Source: Leptolyngbyaceae cyanobacterium (GTDB taxonomy: Bacteria; Cyanobacteriota; Cyanobacteriia; Phormidesmidales; Phormidesmidaceae). Taken from it: a DNA stretch of 13,154 nt. Below the pieces are notes generated by a model. It was not told where the DNA came from. It saw only the letters and a list, made by a program, of their open reading frames with translations, and ran no database searches. The translations under genes and the position numbers were made by a program. Where the stretch lies: positions 1 to 13,154 of the forward strand of contig JBHJHA010000108.1 of NCBI GenBank assembly GCA_050331235.1. Reading direction: 5' to 3'. This document shows, in pieces, positions 6,766 through 13,154 of this stretch. The first letter of the stretch is position 1; each line of letters starts with the position of its first letter.

Positions 6766-7200
6766 TTATTTGTGGTAGCTGCTGCCTTGTAAAATCGTTT
6801 TGGCCCGATAGAGCTGCTCTAGCAAGAGGAGTCGAGCCACTTCATGGGGAAAGGTCATGGGCGACAAGCTTAAATGATGACTGGCCGAGCACTTTACCGC
6901 TGGACTCAATCCCGTCGCACCGCCAATCACGAAAACTAAGCTGCCTGAGTCAGCGGTTCTAAAGAAATCGGCAAACTGAGTAGAACTGTAGGTTCGGCCT
7001 TCTTCCATGAGCGCAATCAGGCGATCGCGGCTAGTAACTTTAGCCAAGATTTGGTCGCCTTCCTTATCCGGAGTCGTATCTTTTAGTTCAACAATTTCTA
7101 GCTCTGGCAAACGCTGGCGATAAACTTCAAGACCTTCACGAATCCAGCCTTTTTTTACCTTGCCGACGGCAATCAGCGTAATTTTTGGAAAACTGGTCAT
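6766..7200 (-). CDS. rlmH: 23S rRNA pseudouridine-1915 N3-methyltransferase RlmH
   Basis: ITLIAVGK at the N-terminus, FVIGGATGL, and LSLSPMTFPHEVARLLLLEQLYRA...SYHK SPOUT signatures. Start placed at ATG 7200; alternative ATG at 7215. Confidence 0.96.
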   Translation of the reverse strand: MTSFPKITLIAVGKVKKGWIREGLEVYRQRLPELEIVELKDTTPDKEGDQILAKVTSRDRLIALMEEGRTYSSTQFADFFRTADSGSLVFVIGGATGLSPAVKCSASHHLSLSPMTFPHEVARLLLLEQLYRAKTILQGSSYHK

Positions 7201-7259
7201 GGTCACCCTATCCATTCTTTTAAAACTGGGGATGAGGCTGGACCCGACTGGTTAACGAC

Positions 7260-7976
7260 TCACCAGTTGAGCTGCTGGCTGGCTTGAATCAGTTTGGGAT
7301 GTACCCACCAAAAGCCCAGGATAAACAGGCAGATGCCCACGTAGGCGGGCCGCAGAAATTCTTGCCACTTAAGCTGTTGCCGCCCCTGGATTACCGCCAG
7401 GAAGGGAACCACCGAAGTCCGTTCCTTAACGGCGACAAAGGCCTCACCATAGCGAGACTGCCAACGGCGATCGCCATGCCACACCGCAAACAAGTGATGG
7501 GCAATAAGACCCGCGGAAGTCACAATCATAAAGGTCGTGCCGAGCCAGAGGGTATGGGCAATGCACCAAATTACCTGCCCTACCATCTGTGGATGGCGAG
7601 TAATCCGGATAATGCCAGTTTCGTAGAGGTGCACTTCCGGCTTCTCGATAGCAGCGATTTCTAACAGGTTAAACGTGGCGGGATAGAGAAAAATGAATGA
7701 GATGGCTGAAACAATCCAGACACCGGTAAAGACTCCCGGCACTCCTTGCACATTCCACAGACGCAGACCGTCGTAGCGATGCACGATGAAGTAAATGATG
7801 AGCACGCTGGCTAGGGGAATGCTCACTAAGGCAAACAGCACCCGGTAAGCTCGAGCACCCATGAGCGCCTCGCCCCGCGGCCGCAGACTGGCCAAGCCAC
7901 TGTGGGCGATCGCAAACAATATCAGCAGACCCGTCATGATGCCATGACTGGGCGTTAACCAAGATAACAATGTCAT
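7260..7976 (-). CDS. NnrU family membrane protein, 15-cis-zeta-carotene isomerase (Z-ISO) homologue
   Basis: FAIAHSGLASLR, RAYRVLFALVS, HRYDGLRLW, YPATFNLLEIAAI, GIIRITRHPQMVGQVIWCIAH and WHGDRR motifs typical of Z-ISO/NnrU. The His and CxxH candidate heme ligands are present. Confidence 0.92.
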   Translation of the reverse strand: MTLLSWLTPSHGIMTGLLILFAIAHSGLASLRPRGEALMGARAYRVLFALVSIPLASVLIIYFIVHRYDGLRLWNVQGVPGVFTGVWIVSAISFIFLYPATFNLLEIAAIEKPEVHLYETGIIRITRHPQMVGQVIWCIAHTLWLGTTFMIVTSAGLIAHHLFAVWHGDRRWQSRYGEAFVAVKERTSVVPFLAVIQGRQQLKWQEFLRPAYVGICLFILGFWWVHPKLIQASQQLNW

Positions 7977-8076
7977 CGTGTTATCAACGCTACGGCTAAG
8001 TCGTCAGAGCGCTTCATCCCCGGTATGGCCACATGGCGCTAACTGGAAAAAAGCGAAACCTCTCTATCCTAAAGGC

Positions 8077-8838
8077 TTACGGCAAAATTAGGGCAATGCT
8101 AACGGCCATGATCGCGCCAATGGTGGTATTCACGATATTGACGATTTCGTTGGTCAACCAGTCGAAGTTTTCCTGCAACGTGGCCCCAATGACACTCTCT
8201 AGGTTCGTGGCGACGAACGCAGCGACCAAACAGATGACGACACCTAAAGGCGAAATCAGCCCCACGCTCCAACCAACCGTGGCAATGACGGCGGTTCCCA
8301 CGACTCCGGCCAAGGTGCCCTCCAGACTGACGGCCCCCTCGGTGCCAGCGGGTACGGGCTGTAGGGTCGTAATCAAAAAAGTTCGTTTGCCATAGGCCTT
8401 GCCCACTTCACTCGCGGTGGTATCTGACAATTTGGTGGCAAAGCTCGCTACATAGCCCAGCGCAAACAGTGCCTTCCATACGTCTGAGTTGTCGGTTAGT
8501 AGATAGTCAGCCGCTAATCCCCCCAGAGCGCAAAGGGTCGCGGTCAGGGCGGAGCCCCACACGTTTTCCGGTCCGCGAACGCCAGAGCGTTTTTCAGCGA
8601 TTCCAGCAGCCTCTTTTTCCGCCATGCCGATGCGCGTGACAGCCGACCCCAGCAGAAAATACACCATAACCACGGCGTAGCCCCGCCAGCCCAAACAGCC
8701 CCAGACCAAAACGCCGAGCACCCAAGCGTGTAAATATCCCATGGGCGTTAGTAACTTTTTGGGAAGCCACCAGGCGATCGCCAGCAGTCCAGTATTGAGG
8801 GCGATCGCCACAAGCCAAGGCATGACAAGAGGAGACAT
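8077..8838 (-). CDS. DUF92 / TIGR00297 family membrane protein (homologue of plant VTE6 phytyl-phosphate kinase)
   Basis: KEAAGIAEKRSGVRGPENVWGS, SFATKLSDTTASEVGKAYG, GTEGAVSLEGT, ESVIGATLQ and NEIVNIVNT motifs; multiple hydrophobic helices. Confidence 0.93.
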   Translation of the reverse strand: MSPLVMPWLVAIALNTGLLAIAWWLPKKLLTPMGYLHAWVLGVLVWGCLGWRGYAVVMVYFLLGSAVTRIGMAEKEAAGIAEKRSGVRGPENVWGSALTATLCALGGLAADYLLTDNSDVWKALFALGYVASFATKLSDTTASEVGKAYGKRTFLITTLQPVPAGTEGAVSLEGTLAGVVGTAVIATVGWSVGLISPLGVVICLVAAFVATNLESVIGATLQENFDWLTNEIVNIVNTTIGAIMAVSIALILP

Positions 8839-8899
8839 GGCAATAGAAGAGAGGGGTAATGGCTGTCTCCAGCATGGGACGAACCGCCAGAGCCGTCAA

Positions 8900-9361
8900 T
8901 CAAGTTGATGATGTTGCTGGTTGCGATAAGGGCACTGGCTCATCAAAGCGTATACGAATGTGCAGACAATTCCGCTGATCAGCAGTGCGTAGATAGTCCA
9001 CAATGTCGGCCACCCGATACATGATACGGAGACCTCGGCCGCCCTCAGAGTCAGCATTAGTGGTTTTGAGCTTGTGGTCTAACATCGCTTGAAAATCAAA
9101 CCCAGGCCCGAAATCCCAGATTTTCATATCTAAATATTCATCCGTGACCGTGACCGCAATCTCGACGGGCGTCTCTGGGGGGAGTCCCTTATGGGCATGA
9201 CGGACGGCATTGGTAAAGCCTTCAATCAGGGCGAGCTGACACTGCAGCCAATCTTCTTGGGGAATGGGCAGCGTGTGAAAGCCATCGAACCAAGACAGCA
9301 CCCCCTTGAGGGCTTGGGGATCTGTTTCACTTTTATAAGTACTCTGCTTGAGAATATTCAA
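8900..9361 (-). CDS. RsbW-like anti-sigma factor / Ser-Thr kinase (HATPase_c_2 ATP-binding protein)
   Basis: GHKL boxes: LALIEGFTNAVRHA (N), IWDFGPGFD (G1), EGGRGLRIM (G2). Start uncertain: TTG at 9361 preferred from domain length; the ORF extends to TTG at 9427. Confidence 0.88.
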   Translation of the reverse strand: MNILKQSTYKSETDPQALKGVLSWFDGFHTLPIPQEDWLQCQLALIEGFTNAVRHAHKGLPPETPVEIAVTVTDEYLDMKIWDFGPGFDFQAMLDHKLKTTNADSEGGRGLRIMYRVADIVDYLRTADQRNCLHIRIRFDEPVPLSQPATSST

Positions 9362-9567
9362 GGGTCTCAATATCGCTGAACGCGAGAGTCTTTCACATGT
9401 TATCGAGTAGTCAACGGTTGGACTCAAAAAACACGCGATTTATCTAAAAAATCTTAGAGCTTGCTGAGTCGATCAACTACTTCCAAGTTGCCCGAAAACG
9501 AACTAATCAAATCATCTAAGTGAAAGTTCGTAGGCCGACGGCTGTGAGGGAAGGCTCTTCCCTGGGC

Positions 9568-10791
9568 TCAAGCGCTGCGGAGGGCCACAATGGGGTCAAG
9601 TTTGGCGGCTTGACGCGCCGGAAAGACCCCAAAAAATAAGCCGATGCCGCCTGAGACGCCGACGGCCGTGGCGATCGCCACCCCAGATACCCCTGCTTCA
9701 AATGGGGTCAACGTACTGATCAGCACAATGCCGCTGATCCCTAAGCCAGTGCCCACCAGGCCACCCGCGATGGATAAGATAATGGCCTCAATTAAAAACT
9801 GGGTCAAAATGTCCTGTTGGGATGCTCCGACTGCTTTTCTGAGGCCAATCTCCTGGGTTCGCTCCCGCACGGACACCAGCATGATATTCATAATGCCGAT
9901 GCCGCCGACGAGCAAAGAAATACCGGCGATCGCCGCCAACATCACTGTCAAAGCGCTGGTAATCGTTTCAGCGATGTCGAGGAGGGTATCTTGACTTTGG
10001 ATAAAGAAGTCATCTTCGCCCCGGATGTCATGGCGGAGCCGCAAGAGGTTGGTGATTTGAAAGGCGGCGGTACCCATGGTTTCACGGGTGTCGGTCGAAA
10101 CTGAGATGAACGATACCTCAATGCCATAGGGGGACTGTCGCCGCCCTACCAACCGGCTGGCCTGGGTAGTAATGGGGACAATCACCGCGTCATCGTAGTC
10201 AAGCCCTAGGTTAGAACCCTTTTGGGCCATCACGCCCACGATTTCAAAACTGGTGCCCTTCACTCGAATCGACTGGCCCACGGGTAAGGTATCGTCAAAC
10301 AGCCGTTCTGCCAGAGTGGCCCCGAGCACCGCGACTTGACTGCGGCGATTGAGATCAAGCTCAGAAATAAACCGCCCCTGACTCATCTCAAAGCTGCGGA
10401 CTTTCAAAAACTGCTCGTTTGTCCCAACCACACTGGTGTTGGCATTGCGATTGCGAAAAGTTACCAAGCTGCGCAAGCTAAATTCAGGGGCAACGCCGAC
10501 AACGGACGGTACCTGCTCAGCGATCGCCCGCGCATCGGCCACTACGAGCGTTCGCGGTATCTCTAAACCGCCGAGTTCCCGTGTTTCTCGGTTACCCGGA
10601 GCGATAAACAGGACATTGGGACCTAGCGCCTGCAGTTGATCGTTGACATAGCGCTGGGCTCCTTCACCGATGCCCACCATGTCAATGACCGACGCATTGC
10701 CAATCACGATGCCCAACATCGTCAAGCTACTGCGAAGCTTATTTGCCGTCAGGGTTTTGACAGCCATCCGCAAACTCTCGGCCACATCCAT
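9568..10791 (-). CDS. MacB/FtsX-family ABC transporter permease
   Basis: NKLRSSLTMLGIVIG TM1, periplasmic domain with GRF, IAGISLLVGGIGIMNIMLVSVRERTQEIGLRKAVGA, and terminal PARQAAKLDPIVALR. Start placed at ATG 10791; the ORF extends to TTG at 10812. Confidence 0.96.
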   Translation of the reverse strand: MDVAESLRMAVKTLTANKLRSSLTMLGIVIGNASVIDMVGIGEGAQRYVNDQLQALGPNVLFIAPGNRETRELGGLEIPRTLVVADARAIAEQVPSVVGVAPEFSLRSLVTFRNRNANTSVVGTNEQFLKVRSFEMSQGRFISELDLNRRSQVAVLGATLAERLFDDTLPVGQSIRVKGTSFEIVGVMAQKGSNLGLDYDDAVIVPITTQASRLVGRRQSPYGIEVSFISVSTDTRETMGTAAFQITNLLRLRHDIRGEDDFFIQSQDTLLDIAETITSALTVMLAAIAGISLLVGGIGIMNIMLVSVRERTQEIGLRKAVGASQQDILTQFLIEAIILSIAGGLVGTGLGISGIVLISTLTPFEAGVSGVAIATAVGVSGGIGLFFGVFPARQAAKLDPIVALRSA

Positions 10792-10861
10792 ACAATTGGC
10801 TACCCTACTCAAAGTCTTATCTTCAGGAAAACATATCTACACCGGTTTGGGGGGCAAGGCG

Positions 10862-10900
10862 CTGGACCCGCATCCTGGACCCGCATCCTGGACCCGCATC
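10862..10900. repeat. Perfect tandem repeat, 3 x 13 bp (CTGGACCCGCATC)
   Basis: Identical copies at 10862-10874, 10875-10887 and 10888-10900, followed by a degenerate copy (GTGGATACCGCGT, 10902-10914), in the divergent intergenic region. Confidence 0.95.
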
Positions 10901-11084
10901 AGTGGATACCGCGTGGGATGAATCACTGAATTTTCTTTCCTCAGAGATGAATAATCTTTACTGGTCAAAAAAAGCCTGGGGAAGTCTGATACGGTACTGG
11001 CATTTGTTCTCCAATGGCTAGCCCTGTCCCTATGACCGGTCCGCTCAGTGTCTAGCCCGACTTAACGCACAGGAAGCAACTCCT

Positions 11085-11435
11085 ATGACTGATTTTCTCG
11101 ACTGCTTGAAGCACAAATACGCCTATGTTGCGATTGGCGAGTTTAAGCCAGGATGTTTCGCCGAGGCTCGTCAACTTTATGAAAAGGCTGTTTCGACTTA
11201 CAGCGATGGCTTTAACGGGGCTTACCTGCTCCAAGAACCCGGCAGCGATCGCGGCATTGCTATCATCCTGTGGGAAAATCCCGGCAACATGACTGAGCAC
11301 AGCAATCAAATCTACGACGAGGCGCTCAGCAAAATATCCCATCTCTTTGCCGAGCCTCCCAAAACAGGGTTTTACGAAGTTTGCAGCGAAATCATGCCCC
11401 TACTGGCTGGGACTTTGGCCTCAGCGCAAAACTAA
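11085..11435 (+). CDS. Antibiotic biosynthesis monooxygenase (ABM)-like dimeric alpha/beta barrel protein
   Basis: Pattern FKPG...EA..LYE.......GF.GAYLL........IAIILWE......PP....YEV typical of the ABM fold; AGGA at 11071-11074 upstream of the ATG. Confidence 0.8.
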   Translation: MTDFLDCLKHKYAYVAIGEFKPGCFAEARQLYEKAVSTYSDGFNGAYLLQEPGSDRGIAIILWENPGNMTEHSNQIYDEALSKISHLFAEPPKTGFYEVCSEIMPLLAGTLASAQN

Positions 11436-11518
11436 ACGGCTGACGAGTGTCCTTCTCTCAACGGGATGTCCAATGGGTCCTGTTTTAGAGACCGATAGCC
11501 TAAGGGAGCACAATGGCT

Positions 11519-11527
11519 TGCTATCGT
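11519..11527 (+). promoter_or_regulatory. Possible extended -10 element for DUF3285-ybeY
   Basis: TGcTATCGT fits TGnTAnnnT, ~95 nt upstream of ATG 11622; motif match only. Confidence 0.25.
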
Positions 11528-11621
11528 GAAAGAGGTGAACGTGCTGCTGAGTGACTTCCGCAGTGAAGTCAAAGCGAACACGACTTACTGCGACCTGCTT
11601 GGCTATCCTGCCCTTAGATTT

Positions 11622-11837
11622 ATGGCTGAAAATTCCCCCACTGAAACTCCAGATCTGGAAGCGTCGGACTCGGATGCACCACTGACGACGCCAGGGTTTG
11701 AGGAACCCAAACCGAGCTATGTCAAGCTCGCCATGCGAAATATGGTTCGTAAGGGCGGCAAGTCAATTTTTCACTTTACGCTGACCGTCGTGGCGCTGAT
11801 GGGGATTTTGGTGGGGCTGTCTTATTTGACCCGGTAA
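11622..11837 (+). CDS. DUF3285 family small membrane protein (71 aa)
   Basis: PSYVKLAMRNMVRKGGKSIFHFTLT plus a C-terminal hydrophobic helix; sits directly upstream of ybeY, as is usual in cyanobacteria. ATG 11622 preferred over GTG 11526. Confidence 0.88.
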   Translation: MAENSPTETPDLEASDSDAPLTTPGFEEPKPSYVKLAMRNMVRKGGKSIFHFTLTVVALMGILVGLSYLTR

Positions 11838-11839
11838 TC

Positions 11840-12367
11840 ATGTCTCGAACTGAGTTAACCGTTGAGGTCGAGGTATTGGGGCGCAGCCTGGGTCAGGTCA
11901 GCGCGATCGCCCCGCCAGCGACCTGGCAACGCTGGGTACAGATCTGGCTACAGGCGCTCTCGCCGACGCTGTCACCGATTCAGGCCTACGAGTTAAGTCT
12001 CCAGTTCACGACTGATGCCGATATAGCAGTCCTCAATGGCGATTATCGGCAGCAAGATCGTCCGACCGATGTGCTCTCGTTTGCCGGACTCGACGATGCG
12101 CCATGGCTGCCTGACGTGTTGGCCCAGATTCCGTATAACTTGGGGGACATTGTTATCTCCGTTGAAACTGCCCAACGGCAGTGCGAAACCCACGGCCACT
12201 CGCTGCAGGCGGAATTGGCCTGGCTCGCCGCCCATGGACTGTTGCATTTGCTGGGGTGGGATCACCCAGACGAGTTACAACTGCAAGCGATGTGGCAGCA
12301 GCAGCGATCGCTCTTAGCCAGTGTGGGGATTGATCTCACAGATTCGGCTTATCGCAAAGATGCTTGA
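11840..12367 (+). CDS. ybeY: rRNA maturation endoribonuclease YbeY
   Basis: LN..YRQQDRPTDVLSF, LGDIVIS, and the zinc motif HGLLHLLGWDH. Confidence 0.97.
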   Translation: MSRTELTVEVEVLGRSLGQVSAIAPPATWQRWVQIWLQALSPTLSPIQAYELSLQFTTDADIAVLNGDYRQQDRPTDVLSFAGLDDAPWLPDVLAQIPYNLGDIVISVETAQRQCETHGHSLQAELAWLAAHGLLHLLGWDHPDELQLQAMWQQQRSLLASVGIDLTDSAYRKDA

Positions 12368-12516
12368 TGGTAATAGTTCTCCGGCATTGATACGTGGATA
12401 GTCGAGAGGAACTCGGGCAGGCATTGTCCAGTTTTGGAGAGCAGCCTGGTCCTATCGAGTCGCTCCCCACCGATGGTTGAAAAAACCGCGATAAGCAGAT
12501 GTAACGGTGTAAGTCC

Positions 12517-12525
12517 TGTTATGCT
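12517..12525 (+). promoter_or_regulatory. Possible extended -10 element for the dgkA-family gene
   Basis: TGtTATGCT fits TGnTAnnnT, ~93 nt upstream of ATG 12618 within a 250-bp gap; motif match only. Confidence 0.3.
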
Positions 12526-12617
12526 ATTGCTGCCAAAATACTCACCGGCGATGATGGCCTTAGCAGCGGGCTAGCGAGCCCGACTTTTCAGTCTGATGCG
12601 TCGATAGTCCTTGCTTT

Positions 12618-13088
12618 ATGCCGACTCCTTCATCTATTCCTGATTCTCAACCGGTCACTTCACCTCCTCCATCGGCAGGCCCGTCGGAGCGTCCTCAGGC
12701 CTATCAAGTCGCTCACAACTTAACCTCTAGCTTTTTATATGCTTGGCAGGGAATTTACTATGGGTTGCGTACCCAGCGCAATTTTCGGATTCACACCCTG
12801 GCCACCCTCCTTGTCATCAGTTTGGGGATAACGCTGCATTTGCCCCGAGTTGATATTGCTGTGCTGGGGCTTACCTGCGGCGCTGTTATGGCGCTGGAGT
12901 TGGTAAATACCGCCCTAGAAGCAGTCGTTGATTTGACCGTTCAGCAGAGCTTCCATGAACTCGCTAAAATTGCAAAAGACTGTGCTGCTGGGGCCGTTTT
13001 TGTCGCTGCAATCACCGCTGTTCTAGTCGGCCTTTGCCTACTGATTCCCCCTTTGTACGTTGCTCTACAGCCTTTTCTCGCTAGATAG
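12618..13088 (+). CDS. dgkA: Prokaryotic diacylglycerol/undecaprenol kinase family protein
   Basis: SFLYAWQGI, QRNFRIH, ELVNTALEAVVDL and AKIAKDCAAGAV motifs; three TM helices; adjacent to ybeY. Lipid substrate cannot be determined from sequence. Confidence 0.93.
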   Translation: MPTPSSIPDSQPVTSPPPSAGPSERPQAYQVAHNLTSSFLYAWQGIYYGLRTQRNFRIHTLATLLVISLGITLHLPRVDIAVLGLTCGAVMALELVNTALEAVVDLTVQQSFHELAKIAKDCAAGAVFVAAITAVLVGLCLLIPPLYVALQPFLAR

Positions 13089-13101
13089 GATCTTTCATGA
13101 C

Positions 13102-13154
13102 ATCATTGTTGTAATCTATAACTACGACAGCTTTACTTTCAACCTAGTTCAGTA
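13102..13154 (+). CDS. trpG: 5' end (partial, anomalous start) of anthranilate/aminodeoxychorismate synthase component II (TrpG/PabA)
   Basis: Frame from 13102 reads IIVVIYNYDSFTFNLVQ(Y), against the family consensus MI.VIDNYDSFT(Y/F)NLVQY. It follows dgkA, as I recall in other cyanobacteria. No in-frame ATG at the expected position. Confidence 0.8.
   Translation, partial: MIVVIYNYDSFTFNLVQ

Larger units (their letters stand above)
333..12311. repeat. Dispersed HIP1 octamer GCGATCGC (at least 17 copies)
   Basis: Copies found by eye starting at 333, 2218, 3156, 3618, 5609, 5945, 7021, 7467, 7906, 8774, 8801, 9671, 9926, 10520, 11245, 11903 and 12304. This is far above chance and characteristic of many cyanobacteria. 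Confidence 0.92.

Noticed and set aside
9547..9563. Hairpin AGGGAAG-GCT-CTTCCCT just after the permease stop
   Set aside because: A 7-bp stem with no U-tract on the coding strand; insufficient to call a terminator.
10862..10914. 13-bp repeats as a CRISPR array or plasmid iterons
   Set aside because: No spacers, unit too short, and no cas or rep genes in the window.
11482..11490. GTTTTAGAG resembling the start of a type II-A CRISPR repeat
   Set aside because: A single 9-mer, not repeated, with no cas genes; expected by chance.
11526..11621. N-terminal extension of the DUF3285 ORF from GTG 11526
   Set aside because: The family is short and the recognisable protein begins at ATG 11622; the extension overlaps a possible promoter and a small hairpin (11552-11571).

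Overview
Chromosomal segment of a cyanobacterium (at least 17 HIP1 GCGATCGC sites; cyanobacterial gene families), mostly housekeeping, with no transposase, tRNA/rRNA or CRISPR array visible. In order: the 3' end of a glutamine synthetase inactivating factor gene (IF7/IF17 family, missing from the ORF track); a 50-bp perfect palindrome; a PEP-CTERM surface-protein gene broken by one in-frame TAA; a large PAS-like/GAF protein; ffh; an 88-aa hypothetical; a candidate 28-aa membrane peptide; a minus-strand run (MacB/FtsX-type permease, RsbW-like ATP-binding protein, DUF92/VTE6-like, NnrU/Z-ISO-like, rlmH, ArsC/Spx-like); and a plus-strand run (ABM-like, DUF3285, ybeY, dgkA-family, 5' end of trpG/pabA). 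The best candidate for something undescribed is the GAF protein. Its C-terminal ~330 aa carry, in the correct order, degenerate versions of the class III nucleotide cyclase motifs with a ~100-aa insertion, and its GAF has two cysteines near cyanobacteriochrome-like positions. Both points are by-eye inferences that need structure-level testing. Three isolated lesions (nonsense codon, Asp in a TM helix, damaged trpG start) may be real decay or assembly errors.
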